The translations under genes were made by a program, and so were the position numbers. From a virus (Duplodnaviria; Caudoviricetes), in the IMG/VR virus record IMGVR_UViG_3300010373_000047, positions 273 through 64,272 of that record: a stretch of DNA of 64,000 nt. One strand, written 5' to 3'. The notes beneath the pieces were generated by a model, which saw only the letters and a list, made by a program, of their open reading frames with translations, searched no databases and was not told the origin of the DNA. Below, piece by piece: positions 18,725 through 28,030 of the stretch (within the stretch, counting starts at the first letter, position 1; every line of letters begins with the position of its first letter).

Positions 18725-19302
18725 TCCCTCTTGGTGACAGTTTTTTCCACCCGTTCAACAAAGTCAATTATTACGACATAGCGCTCGTCGTTCTTGTCAA
18801 GCCGCCCGCTGACGAATATCGGCTCGCCGCACAGGATATCAGCCTCGTGCTTTTTCAGCACCTCCTGCCATGCGGTGCAGTCGCACGCGCCGGTTCGATC
18901 CTCGAGCGAGAACGTAACGTATTGCTTGCCTGATTTGCCGGTCTTGATCTCGACGCTGTTCGCGATGCCGCATAGTCGTACTTTTGCCTTGTCGTCGAGT
19001 TCCGATAGCTGATCGACGGTATGGGATATCATCGCCGCGACGGCCGATTCTTCGAAGTAGTCGAGTGGGTGCGCCGTGATGTAAAAGCCGAGCGCCTCTT
19101 TCTCGTTTGCCAGGATTTCCTTGACCGTCCACGCTGTCGCCGGTTCGGCCTTGGGTTTGGCTGCGTCTAGAACCGCCCCGCCGAATAGATCGCCCTGGCC
19201 TTTGGCTTTGTCTTTCGATGCAGCCTTAGCCTCGCCGATCTTGTCTTCGACGAGGCTCGATAGGTGCGCCCGCAGCGCACCGATTTCAGCAAGGGTGGGC
19301 AA
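18721..19302 (-). CDS. Stand-alone DNA polymerase III alpha (DnaE) C-terminal fragment: clamp-binding motif + OB fold
   Basis: GQGDLFGG, W..KEILANEKEALGFYITAHPLD, TGKSGKQY.TFSLEDRTG...SGRLD. Start uncertain (TTG 19302). Confidence 0.8.
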   Translation of the reverse strand: MPTLAEIGALRAHLSSLVEDKIGEAKAASKDKAKGQGDLFGGAVLDAAKPKAEPATAWTVKEILANEKEALGFYITAHPLDYFEESAVAAMISHTVDQLSELDDKAKVRLCGIANSVEIKTGKSGKQYVTFSLEDRTGACDCTAWQEVLKKHEADILCGEPIFVSGRLDKNDERYVVIIDFVERVEKTVTKRE

Positions 19303-19477
19303 TGTGACGCGCCAGAGCCAAGCATTCAGCACACAGGTGCATTGATTCAGGGTATTTGAACGCAACAAAACTCTCGATAGTGTCTAGCGACATTACGCCC
19401 GTTTCCCCACACAGCGTGCGCCAGCCGCCGCCTAGTTTATTATCCCATGCGTGCAAATCGGTAGTTGTATCAGCCAT
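19286..19477 (-). CDS. Small Zn-finger-like hypothetical protein
   Basis: H...TLCG...CAEC pattern. Confidence 0.45.
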   Translation of the reverse strand: MADTTTDLHAWDNKLGGGWRTLCGETGVMSLDTIESFVAFKYPESMHLCAECLALARHIAHPC

Positions 19478-19595
19478 TTATTTTTTCCGTTGACGAAATA
19501 ACCGGTTGTAGTCCTTGCGCGATAGATAAACGCCGTTGACATAAGCGCCAATCGCATCACGAGGCAGCTTAGGCAAGCGGAAAATCGGACACAAT

Positions 19596-19811
19596 TTAGC
19601 TGGTTTTGGCATACGCCTTTACGCGATACGCAGCGCCGTATCCGTTGCGAAACTTGCTAGCCTGGCGAACCGTCGGATGTACGTTCGCGTCAGCGCAGCA
19701 CGCATTGAACGCCTCGTCGGTGTTGGCGAAGTTGCGATTAGTGAAAGCCGGACGTTTGTCGATACGGCTTGCCTGCACGCGCACCCACTTGCCGTTCACT
19801 TTCTTGCTCAT
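19596..19811 (-). CDS. Hypothetical protein
   Basis: MSKKVNGK...PTVRQASKFRNGYGAAY. Confidence 0.45.
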   Translation of the reverse strand: MSKKVNGKWVRVQASRIDKRPAFTNRNFANTDEAFNACCADANVHPTVRQASKFRNGYGAAYRVKAYAKTS

Positions 19812-19942
19812 GTTAACCCTCGCTGCTGAACTAACCCGCACTTAACACAGCGTCGCGTGTTTTGCCAGTCGCGTACCCACCACATTGTCCAACGGTGCTG
19901 CCACCACCAGCAATGCTTGATCGGCTTGGTAACTTCCGGCAT
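19808..19942 (-). CDS. 44-aa Trp-rich C/H zinc-finger microprotein
   Basis: Manual translation MPEVTKPIKHCWWWQHRW...RRCVKCG; ATGA overlap with the next gene. Confidence 0.45.
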   Translation of the reverse strand: MPEVTKPIKHCWWWQHRWTMWWVRDWQNTRRCVKCGLVQQRGLT

Positions 19943-19943
19943 T

Positions 19944-21599
19944 TTACGCGACCCCTAGTTCGCGTGCGCACTTGATGTGATAAATTATCTCGCCCATTTC
20001 GATCCGTGAGCCTGTAATCGGTTGCTGGCAATGTTTGCACAACTTGGCTCCGATTGTCAATTTTTGCATTGTGCGTGTGTATGTGTTCTCGCTATGTGGG
20101 GTAACGGGCGGACGTTCAGCCGGTGCTTCGATGTCGGGCGAAAGCAAGCCTTCGGATTTAGCAACGCGCCGCGCTTCGTCGCGATAGAATTTCAGGATTG
20201 ACGGCTCGGTGTTTCCAAGCGCTAAAATGAGCGCCTCTGCGCGATCCGGAGACTTGACTCCGCGCTTCTTGGCTTCCTCTTTGCGCTCGATGGCAATGCG
20301 CCCACGGTCGTCCTCTTTGTACCGGATTGACGCTAGCTGTTGGATCGTCTCCTCGTCGTTCAACCCCGCAATCAATCCGTCGCGAAACAATCCGCGCACG
20401 TGCCAGAACAGCTCGGCTTTGTAAAGATTGAACTCGGTGTCGTGTAGCGCCTTGTCGCCAAAGTTAACCGGCTGAACTGGAAACCCGTCCTCGGCAATGG
20501 TCGGCCAGAAATAGGTTCCGATGCCGGATCGGTCGATAGCGACCGTTTCGAGCATATCTTTGTTCTTGCGCAACTCTGCAAGACAGGGCTGGCGCGAATC
20601 TCCGTGCCATGCACGAAAGCCGAGTATGTTGCCGCCTTGCGTCAGATACATCACGGTCTCGTCGTCGCCAGGACCGGCAACGTCAACGCCTGCGCGCATT
20701 CGTTCGGAATTAGGCACCAGGAGCCGTTTCTGGGCGTCACGCAGCCATGCCATCGGAAAGACGCTATCCTCTGCCTGGTCTGGAAACACGCCCCGCACAC
20801 GCGATTGCCAATGAGGGCTGTTTTCGCCCCATGCGTGGTATTTCTGATACACCCACCAACGCGTCACCAAACCCAAGACAGGCTCGTGCCGGAATATCGG
20901 GTTTGACTGGTCGAGGTCTTTCGGTAGCGCCCGCAAATCGTCCACCGTAAAGCCCTCGAGGTTCGGAGTCTCGAAGGCGTCGATGGTGATGCGTTTGTAT
21001 TGATTAGCAGCCTTGCCGTGAAACGCGTCGTAATAGTATCCGCCCAGGATTGTTGGGTTGCCGAGCATCAGCAAGTGCGCCTTGCCGCCCGCCAGGTTGC
21101 CCTCGATAGCCTCCCACGGAATATCCGGAGACGACGCCTCGTCGACGATTATCAGGATGTGCCCTGCGTGATGACCCTGCATCCGTACCGCGTTCTTGGG
21201 CGCGATACCGATAACAATCGGCCGTCCCTCTTCGTCGCGTGCTTCGGCTTGCGCGTTCAGGTCCGGCAGCTTGATCCTGGATGATTGCAACGCCGCTCGA
21301 TACTCGACGCTGGCGATATTCTTAACCTGCTGCCATCCGGCAGCCGTTATCAGCACCTTGCCGTCGCTTGGATAGCGGCAATTCCACCAGGCGATAATGC
21401 GCCCGATCAAGAACGATTTGCCGGATGCGTTACACGCCTCAACGGCTACTCGGTCGTAGTCACGGATCGCTAACGCGATCTCCTCTTGTTTGCGCCACAG
21501 CTCGGTGCGCAGAACTACCGGAATGAATACGGTCGGATCGTCAACGAGGTCCGCCCAGCCTTGGGCGTCGTCGGGGTCGATTACAAGCTGTGCGCTCAC
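19944..21599 (-). CDS. Terminase large subunit
   Basis: AVEACNASGKS (Walker A), IIVDEAS (Walker B), LGNPT, GVDVAGPGDDET, SPDRAEAL; C-terminal CKHC...HIKC finger. Confidence 0.92.
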   Translation of the reverse strand: MSAQLVIDPDDAQGWADLVDDPTVFIPVVLRTELWRKQEEIALAIRDYDRVAVEACNASGKSFLIGRIIAWWNCRYPSDGKVLITAAGWQQVKNIASVEYRAALQSSRIKLPDLNAQAEARDEEGRPIVIGIAPKNAVRMQGHHAGHILIIVDEASSPDIPWEAIEGNLAGGKAHLLMLGNPTILGGYYYDAFHGKAANQYKRITIDAFETPNLEGFTVDDLRALPKDLDQSNPIFRHEPVLGLVTRWWVYQKYHAWGENSPHWQSRVRGVFPDQAEDSVFPMAWLRDAQKRLLVPNSERMRAGVDVAGPGDDETVMYLTQGGNILGFRAWHGDSRQPCLAELRKNKDMLETVAIDRSGIGTYFWPTIAEDGFPVQPVNFGDKALHDTEFNLYKAELFWHVRGLFRDGLIAGLNDEETIQQLASIRYKEDDRGRIAIERKEEAKKRGVKSPDRAEALILALGNTEPSILKFYRDEARRVAKSEGLLSPDIEAPAERPPVTPHSENTYTRTMQKLTIGAKLCKHCQQPITGSRIEMGEIIYHIKCARELGVA

Positions 21600-21898
21600 G
21601 CCTTGATGTGCTGTCCGTGTCCGGTGCCGTCACGCTTCCATTTGCGGGCGCGATTGATCTTCATTTTGGCGTCGATTTCGCGCCGCAGGTCGACACCAAG
21701 ATAGCACGCCATACGCTCGAGGGTGATAACCACATCGGCAATTTCTTTGGCGACCTCGGCTATCGGCTTGTCGAACGTTACAGCGTCCTCGAGTTCGTCG
21801 AACTCTTGACGTGCTCGCGTCAGCGCCGCCTGCAGGCTTGTGCATTCGCCAAACGTCTCGTCCGCCCACATACCGATGCTGTACTGCGTCTCGTGCAT
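21596..21898 (-). CDS. MazG-like / DUF550-type dATP/dGTP pyrophosphohydrolase
   Basis: WADETFG, EFDEL, EIADV, KMKINRARKW...QH; start MHETQYS. Confidence 0.75.
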   Translation of the reverse strand: MHETQYSIGMWADETFGECTSLQAALTRARQEFDELEDAVTFDKPIAEVAKEIADVVITLERMACYLGVDLRREIDAKMKINRARKWKRDGTGHGQHIKA

Positions 21899-22200
21899 CT
21901 CGCCATCCTCGACAATAGCATACGCACCCGAAGGCGATGCGATAACGGCAGGGACGCTCAGCCGAGAATAAGTTTGCAAGACAACAACACCAATCCGACG
22001 CACAGCGCAGCCACTGCCATACCGCAAATAAACGGATACGTCACGACGACCACCCATAATAAACACGCTTGCGCGGTGCGTTCTCGGGGTCGCGTCGAGC
22101 CTCGCGACGCATCATGCGAGCGGTGCCGCGCTTGAGATATCGCTTGTAATTAGCGCGCTCGCCCTTGCAAATTTTTTCGTTCAGCCGCACACAGCCCTCG

Positions 22201-22347
22201 TCACGCACGATCGCGTGGGTACTTGATCTCGAATCGAGCCGATTCGCATTTAGCTGCTGCGTACAGCAGCCCAAAGAAACCAAACACGCCCAAAGTGACG
22301 ACCACCGTCACGGTAGCAAGAATTGTGGTTCCGATAATGTGTAACAT
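22201..22347 (-). CDS. 48-aa single-TM membrane protein
   Basis: Manual translation MLHIIGTTILATVTVVVTLGVFGFFGLLY...; own TTGACA-17-TATAGT promoter and GGAGG RBS. Confidence 0.55.
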   Translation of the reverse strand: MLHIIGTTILATVTVVVTLGVFGFFGLLYAAAKCESARFEIKYPRDRA

Positions 22348-22398
22348 GATTGCCTCCAACTATAATCGACGCCTTGCGCCCTGTCAAAAGGTGGCCCC

Positions 22399-22671
22399 TT
22401 ACTGCGCCACCCCAATCACTTCGATCATGCTTAACGCGCGCTCCATTTCGCGCACCATATCCACCGCCATGCGAACGCCGCGCCCTTTGGCCTCGTCGAG
22501 GGTGGCTGCGCGGTTCAATAGCGTGCGCCCCATGAACGCCACCTTGTAGCCGGTTTCACCAGGATCGACGGAGGTCGTCAGCGTCAATACTGCATATTTT
22601 GAACGCCCGATTTGCGCGCTGTAGTTGCCGTGATTTTCTACCCAGGTCAGCTTGTCTCCGTGTTGCGCCAT
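22399..22671 (-). CDS. Hypothetical early protein
   Basis: Follows operator-promoter and conserved leader with GGAGG. Confidence 0.6.
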   Translation of the reverse strand: MAQHGDKLTWVENHGNYSAQIGRSKYAVLTLTTSVDPGETGYKVAFMGRTLLNRAATLDEAKGRGVRMAVDMVREMERALSMIEVIGVAQ

Positions 22672-22700
22672 CGTTCCGTCCTCCGTCCTTGATGATTCGA

Positions 22701-22729
22701 AGAATAACCTAACGATAGGTTTACGTCAA
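22701..22729 (-). promoter_or_regulatory. Operator-promoter (TTGACG-AACCTATCGTTAGGTT-TATTCT)
   Basis: Repeat family member. Confidence 0.75.
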
Positions 22730-22874
22730 GCGTTTTCTTTGTCGATTCTGATTATCCGTGTCCACTTTTCGAGAAAACTCTCGCGTTTAACGATCTTTTC
22801 TTGGATGGCGCGTTTCCGGCTGCGCTGGACCTTGATCGCGGGCGCAGCCGGTTTGCGGAATTTCGGATAATCCT

Positions 22875-23066
22875 TCACGTCAAAGATTCTAGTGTGTCGA
22901 TTGCATTCTCAATGGTTTCGAGCTGCTCTTGTAGCGCCTCCCCTTTTGCGCCGTCTTGCTGCTTTGCGCTGAGGTCGTCGTACTCGTCTTGTACGAGGTC
23001 GCGCAACGCTGACACCGCATCGATAACTGTCCGCAGTACCTTTTTGCTATCGGCGTTCACTGCCAT
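22875..23066 (-). CDS. Hypothetical acidic helical protein
   Basis: QDEYDDLSAKQQDGAKGE pattern; RBS GAGGAGG. Confidence 0.55.
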   Translation of the reverse strand: MAVNADSKKVLRTVIDAVSALRDLVQDEYDDLSAKQQDGAKGEALQEQLETIENAIDTLESLT

Positions 23067-23313
23067 CCTCCTCTAATAGTAGCGTTTTCAACCCTTCTAC
23101 GACGGACGCCAACCGGAACTCGCCCTGCAGCATACGTCGCGCTCGCCTATCCTGGCGCTCGATATACATGGTGGCCTCGAGCGTAAACTGAGCCAGGTAT
23201 TTTGCCGCCTGCACGAATCGCCCAAGCTGTTGTGTGCTTGGTGTCTTTTCGCGCCCAAGCATCTCGACGCGCTGCGCCGCCCTGCGTGCCGCCCGAACCT
23301 GCGATCTTGTCAT
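23047..23313 (-). CDS. Hypothetical protein
   Basis: RBS GGAGGG; overlaps neighbours. Confidence 0.45.
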   Translation of the reverse strand: MTRSQVRAARRAAQRVEMLGREKTPSTQQLGRFVQAAKYLAQFTLEATMYIERQDRRARRMLQGEFRLASVVEGLKTLLLEEDGSERR

Positions 23314-23888
23314 ACTGTCTCGCCCTCCTGCTCGACGCTTGTGGTATAATCGCTTGCTCGGCTTGCCGCAAACGCTAAGCGATTATATCGGCGGGCGTCA
23401 GCCGTCAGCGGATACTCGCAGTTATAGCAACAGCCCGCCCAGGATTCGTTCTGCGCCCCGTATTGATGCGCAGGGCAATGGCTGATCGTCTGCCATTTTT
23501 TGGGGCGTTCTTTGCATCCGCAGGCGTAATCGATTCCGCCCTCGACAGCGATTGCCTCGACGAGACGCATTGCGCGACAAGCCAGCGTGACGTTATGCGT
23601 CGCGCTCGGCTCGCGCTCGAGCGCCAGCGGATACGGGGTGTGGCAGTTCGGACACTGCTCGACCTTAAGCCACGCCCTGTTCTTGCGCTCGCGCCGTGCT
23701 TTCGTCTTGGCGATGGCGATCAATCCGCACCGCCCACATAAACGAGGGGCCACTTTGTCAAACTGGTTGTATGCGTCGACCAAGTAGCGCTCGTTGGGGC
23801 CGACGGCCTTGCGGCATTCCGTACACAGGAACGTTGTATAGGCTGCCGATCCATTGTTACACCAGCGCGGCTCGTAGATTTGTTGCAT
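23310..23888 (-). CDS. Cys-rich multi Zn-finger hypothetical protein
   Basis: Several CxxC pairs; RBS AAGGAGG. Confidence 0.5.
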   Translation of the reverse strand: MQQIYEPRWCNNGSAAYTTFLCTECRKAVGPNERYLVDAYNQFDKVAPRLCGRCGLIAIAKTKARRERKNRAWLKVEQCPNCHTPYPLALEREPSATHNVTLACRAMRLVEAIAVEGGIDYACGCKERPKKWQTISHCPAHQYGAQNESWAGCCYNCEYPLTADARRYNRLAFAASRASDYTTSVEQEGETV

Positions 23889-23933
23889 GGTTTGAACGAT
23901 ACGCCTCCTTGTGTCGTGTAGTCAAAAACCGGC

Positions 23934-24476
23934 TCAAACCGGCTTTAGTTCCGTGGGTTTCCAGTTCGCGATCCGCTCGCGCTGCCATACGATATACGCT
24001 GCAAACCGATTTGCCTGCGCCCGAACGTGCTCAATATACTGTTTTTTGTTTGATTCGCGGGTTGCAGTGCTGCGCGATATCCTGCCAAGCTTGGAGCGGT
24101 ACACCAGATAAGCGCCGCCGTGCTCCTGGTTCATCCGGACCTCTTCGTCGGTCGCCAATCGCCAAAAATACCCACCGAGCGGATCGTTGCGGAACCGCGC
24201 TGATTGATAATCATGTATCCAGATGTGCGTCGGATCGTCGTTTGCCGCTTCGGCGTTCGCCAACGCCTCTAGGCGGTCGCGTTCGGCCGTCGCACGCTCG
24301 ATTGCGCCCTCAATCAGGCTGATATCTTTTTCGAAGGGTAGCTTGCCCGCGCCCCAGCACACACCCTGAAACATATTCCATTGCACCGTGTAGCCGTGCT
24401 GCGAGAGCACGCCATTTGGCAGTTTCTGTTCGTTGCCGCAAACCTGGCAGTGGCCTTTGTGTGTCGCCTTCTTCAT
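23934..24476 (-). CDS. Hypothetical early protein
   Basis: ATHKGHCQVCG...HGYTV.W..FQGVC.G...PFE; leaderless after operator-promoter. Confidence 0.65.
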   Translation of the reverse strand: MKKATHKGHCQVCGNEQKLPNGVLSQHGYTVQWNMFQGVCWGAGKLPFEKDISLIEGAIERATAERDRLEALANAEAANDDPTHIWIHDYQSARFRNDPLGGYFWRLATDEEVRMNQEHGGAYLVYRSKLGRISRSTATRESNKKQYIEHVRAQANRFAAYIVWQRERIANWKPTELKPV

Positions 24477-24802
24477 GCTCCCACCATAAACCTAGCGATA
24501 GGTTTAGTCAAGCGCAAAAAGCTCATCAGTTAGGCTAGATATCCTCTACTATTGTGGTTGCTTGGTAATACGGCGCTCGGGCTTTTCCTTCTGCGATTGC
24601 TCGGTCGCGAGCCTGTTCGAGTGTAGACTTCAGATCGACGACCATCTCGCGCGGGTAGACGTTTGCATCTGAATGACTGACTGCGAAAAGTCCGTCAACG
24701 TCGCGATAAATCCGAATCTGACAGGTTTTGCTTTTGGTCATTATGCTTTCCTCTTCCTGCTCCCACCATAAACCTAGCGATAGGTTTAGTCAAGCGCAAA
24801 AA
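24476..24802. repeat. Two identical 45-bp direct repeats (24476-24520, 24758-24802), each containing an operator-promoter
   Basis: TGCTCCCACCATAAACCTAGCGATAGGTTTAGTCAAGCGCAAAAA occurs twice, 282 bp apart. Confidence 0.9.
24535..24741 (-). CDS. Hypothetical early protein flanked by the direct repeats
   Basis: 68 aa, RBS GAGGA. Confidence 0.55.
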   Translation of the reverse strand: MTKSKTCQIRIYRDVDGLFAVSHSDANVYPREMVVDLKSTLEQARDRAIAEGKARAPYYQATTIVEDI

Positions 24803-24833
24803 AGCCGGATCGAAAAAAATTCTCGATCCGGCT
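24798..24833 (-). terminator. Rho-independent terminator
   Basis: AGCCGGATCGA...TCGATCCGGCT plus T run; same arms at 34607-34638. Confidence 0.75.
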
Positions 24834-24841
24834 GATGCGCG

Positions 24842-25849
24842 TTACGGATGTGCTGCGTGTAGCATCGCAAGCGCCGTCTGGTTGGTCGACGACAAGATGT
24901 CCGGCTCATACACCTCGGCCCATTGCAGTTCGGGTTCCTGTGCCGCCAGATTTGCCGCCTGTGGGAACGCCGAACCGAGGGTGCCTACCTCTTGCCATAC
25001 CGTTACGGGGCGATTGTTGTCGTCCCACGTCAAACCCCACTTTTGGTTCCAGCCGTTGTTCTGAATGTTGCAATGAATTACGAGACTCTCGCAATCGGCC
25101 GTGAGGTCGTCCTCGGTTGCGCCCCAGGTTTCGTTGACGACGGGCGAATCGTTAGGAAATCCGAACGGAACGATCATGAGGTCGGTCGCGATATTCGGAA
25201 AGTCGTACTGGTAGCGTCGCGCCAGCGTATCGAACGCGCCGCGCACGAGCGGCTCTGTGTAGCCATCAGCAACCCAGTCTGCCGTGTCGTCCATCGAGAA
25301 ACATTCTCCGTTGTTGATTGACGTTCCGGCGACAGATCGAGGCAACAGCGTTTCATCGGTCGATGCGCCGATGCCGTCGAGCTTGACAGCATACAGGCTC
25401 GGATCGCTACCGAATTGCGCCGCCATCGCGTCGATAAAATCGCGATACTTGCGCAGATACACGTGGTCCCACGGTACGGGCGCTTTGGCCGTCGAACAGA
25501 TCGGCATACCCCACGTTTGGTTCCACACCCACGTAAACGATTGTGCTCCATCCTGGTAAACCCATTGCGGAGCAGACCATGCCGCGCTCGAGTCCAGTTC
25601 GTATAGCTTGCCAGCCGCCTTCAGCTTGGCGATCTCGGCCTGCACGCCCGACCAATCGTATTGCCCCTCGAGGGTCTCTACGGTGCCCATACGCACCTTA
25701 ATCAATCCGCCGTCGACGTTCGGGTTGGCGAGCGCCGTGGCTGATAATCCGTTCGGACTGGTTGGATAGTCCCAGATCATAATCGCGTGCGCGGGCGCTG
25801 CAGCTAACAAACAGGCGAGCAAAGCTACCGTTAGTATCTTCATATACAA
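24842..25849 (-). CDS. Exported glycoside hydrolase-like protein (clan GH-A TIM barrel, GH42/GH35-like)
   Basis: Signal peptide MKILTVALLACLLAAAPAHA; VET.EGQYDWS, APQWV, PVPWD..YL, TDETLLP. Confidence 0.65.
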   Translation of the reverse strand: MYMKILTVALLACLLAAAPAHAIMIWDYPTSPNGLSATALANPNVDGGLIKVRMGTVETLEGQYDWSGVQAEIAKLKAAGKLYELDSSAAWSAPQWVYQDGAQSFTWVWNQTWGMPICSTAKAPVPWDHVYLRKYRDFIDAMAAQFGSDPSLYAVKLDGIGASTDETLLPRSVAGTSINNGECFSMDDTADWVADGYTEPLVRGAFDTLARRYQYDFPNIATDLMIVPFGFPNDSPVVNETWGATEDDLTADCESLVIHCNIQNNGWNQKWGLTWDDNNRPVTVWQEVGTLGSAFPQAANLAAQEPELQWAEVYEPDILSSTNQTALAMLHAAHP

Positions 25850-26291
25850 TCACCCCTCGTGGTTGCTTCGAGGGGTGATTGTATCAATCGCGATGCCCGT
25901 TGATTAGGCTGGCGCTTGCGGGTGTCTCGCGCTGTGCGCGCTCGGTGTTATCGCCACAGGAGTCAGTAATACGTTTGTATATGACAAACTCGCTTGGGTC
26001 TAGTGGGTTATGGTAGTATCCGCGCTCTGTTTCGCGCTCGATGTAGTATACCCTCGGACGAAACTCGTTGCGCGTGTCGATGTGGATGATTTTCGCGCCA
26101 TCCGGCAGATCGATGCCAATCGCGAGTTGGTCAGGATCAAGCACCCTGCTTTTAAGTCTCATTCTTGCTCCTGCTCGGCTTTGCGCATTTGTTCGCGCAA
26201 CCATTGCTTTGCCTTTCGGTATCGATAGAACGCACCCCAAGGCAACGCGACCAGAAACCCCGCGACGCCAACCCCTAGCACAACGGCAACG

Positions 26292-26534
26292 TTAAGCATT
26301 GCACGCACCTCGCTGCTCTGCGGCCTTGTGGAGAAGTTCAATTTTAAGCTTGTCGCAATCGGCGAACTCATGCGTGAACACAGTACGCCCTAGAACTTTC
26401 TCGACCGATTTATGAAACACGTTGAAAGGCACACAGAGCGTGTCCTCAGACAACTGCAACAGAGCGATTTCGCGCGGGCTCAGCGCTTCCCAGAATCGCG
26501 AGCGGTAAAGGGTTAGAGCGTCTTTCCTGGTCAT
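26292..26534 (-). CDS. Hypothetical protein
   Basis: LCVPFNVFHKSVEKVLGRTVFTHEFA, a phage-type motif. Confidence 0.55.
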   Translation of the reverse strand: MTRKDALTLYRSRFWEALSPREIALLQLSEDTLCVPFNVFHKSVEKVLGRTVFTHEFADCDKLKIELLHKAAEQRGACNA

Positions 26535-26824
26535 GTCGTCTCCTTGAGTTTGGTGAGCAGTGCGCGGGCTTTTGCTACTTCCTCGGGGTATTGTGCATCG
26601 TCGATGTAGAGCTGAAGAATCGGTTTCGCCTCCGCCAGCAGCCTGCGCGCGGCGCGGAGTTCTGTGATGAGCGACAACATGATTGTAGATTTGATTTGAA
26701 TAGCAGACCCTTGCTTAGCGACGCGCTCCACCTCGTCTAAAACGGACTCAACCATTACCTTCCTCTTTATGCGGATGCTCGGACGTATCGTGGTCGGGCG
26801 ATCCACAATGCCAGCATTCATCAC
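26531..26824 (-). CDS. Hypothetical protein
   Basis: ORF in operon chain. Confidence 0.4.
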   Translation of the reverse strand: MMNAGIVDRPTTIRPSIRIKRKVMVESVLDEVERVAKQGSAIQIKSTIMLSLITELRAARRLLAEAKPILQLYIDDAQYPEEVAKARALLTKLKETT

Positions 26825-26935
26825 GCTGCCTCTCGGGGTTCCACATGATTGCCTTCCTCGTTTGGTAGCTTGGCGAGCAGAGCTACGTCGTCAGATTTGG
26901 GCTCCTCGATCCGCCCCTCGAGCCTGCTCGGTAGC

Positions 26936-27406
26936 TTACTCATGCGGCGATTGTCCGTCTTGTTGTGGTTGTGTACGCGCAGCCCGATGCTTATCAGCTT
27001 CTTTTAACAAATCCTTCAACACCGACGCAACGCTTTCTTTGTCGTCAGTGCCGTTGTCGCCTAGCCCGAATATCTCGCCGAGCTGACGCGACGCCTGCAG
27101 CACCAGGCGCGCGCTGGCGATGTTAGCCCTGCCGCGCTGGTCAGCATCTATCGCCCGAGGGTGGTGGAACTCGATTATGTCGTTCAGATATTGCGCGATA
27201 CGCCCGCGCTGGATTTTGATGTCCTCGGTTCCTGCCGCCTTCCATTCTTCGATCAGCGATTTCACGTCGCGCGATACGGTAGCCTGGTTAACACCAACAA
27301 GCATCGCGATCTGTTCTTGCGATTTGCCCTCTTTGAGCAGCTTGGCGACGCGAGCGCGCCGTTCGGCTATCTCGAGCTGTTTTGCCGCGTTAGTCTTGCG
27401 CGCCAT
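26936..27406 (-). CDS. HTH protein, probable terminase small subunit
   Basis: RRARVAKLL.EGKSQEQIA..VGVNQATVSRDV followed by helical region ..IFGL. Confidence 0.55.
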   Translation of the reverse strand: MARKTNAAKQLEIAERRARVAKLLKEGKSQEQIAMLVGVNQATVSRDVKSLIEEWKAAGTEDIKIQRGRIAQYLNDIIEFHHPRAIDADQRGRANIASARLVLQASRQLGEIFGLGDNGTDDKESVASVLKDLLKEADKHRAARTQPQQDGQSPHE

Positions 27407-27746
27407 ACGTTTCTCGTCGATGCGTACCGAAATGTCCGGTCACGGCTCCACATTCCGTGCATTTTTTTAGGTTTCGCTTGCCTCCTGTTCCATACTGGAA
27501 CCCGTTGCAATCGACGGGCTTCGTGGTGCGCTTGACGAGCATCGTGAGCGCGTTAATGCGCGCTTTGCCCTCGGGCGTCAAATCAAACAACGCCCACGCT
27601 CGCGCCCGCCACAGACGCCACTCGTAGTTGGCCTCGTCGTTCAGCACTTCGACTGCGCGCACATGGGCGTGTAGCCGAGCAAGCAATGCGTTCGCTTCGT
27701 CGAGGGATACGGCACGCAAAGGAGGGTCGAAATCGAAAATCTCCAT
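27390..27746 (-). CDS. Hypothetical protein with C-terminal CxxC
   Basis: Probable start MEIFDFDPP. Confidence 0.4.
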   Translation of the reverse strand: MEIFDFDPPLRAVSLDEANALLARLHAHVRAVEVLNDEANYEWRLWRARAWALFDLTPEGKARINALTMLVKRTTKPVDCNGFQYGTGGKRNLKKCTECGAVTGHFGTHRRETYGAQD

Positions 27747-28030
27747 CACGCTCTCCAATACCAGATCGACGCGATTGTCGTCAAATATAGGGCGATTTCG
27801 AGCATGATACAGTAACGCGCCGCCCGTTCCTGTGGCATCGCGCGCCGATAGAAATGCACCATGAGGGTTAGCGCCAAGATAACAGCCCAATAGCCGCTGA
27901 CGGCTTGTCCGCGCGCCGTGTGCGCCATCCACATACGCACCGTCTGGCTGGCTGCGTTCCAGCAAAAGAACGGCGTGATTATGATCGGGATGGCGCTAAC
28001 AAAGCGCGGGTGGTTGATCCATTTCAGCAT
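27746..28030 (-). CDS. Small multi-TM membrane protein
   Basis: Three hydrophobic segments in 94 aa. Confidence 0.5.
   Translation of the reverse strand: MLKWINHPRFVSAIPIIITPFFCWNAASQTVRMWMAHTARGQAVSGYWAVILALTLMVHFYRRAMPQERAARYCIMLEIALYLTTIASIWYWRA

Noticed and set aside
18721-19368. Split DnaE joined by intein trans-splicing
   Set aside because: No C-intein motif at the N-terminus and no N-terminal dnaE half is visible.
21596-21898. 2-aminoadenine (Z-genome) pathway suggested by the DUF550-like enzyme
   Set aside because: No PurZ or dedicated polymerase in the window.
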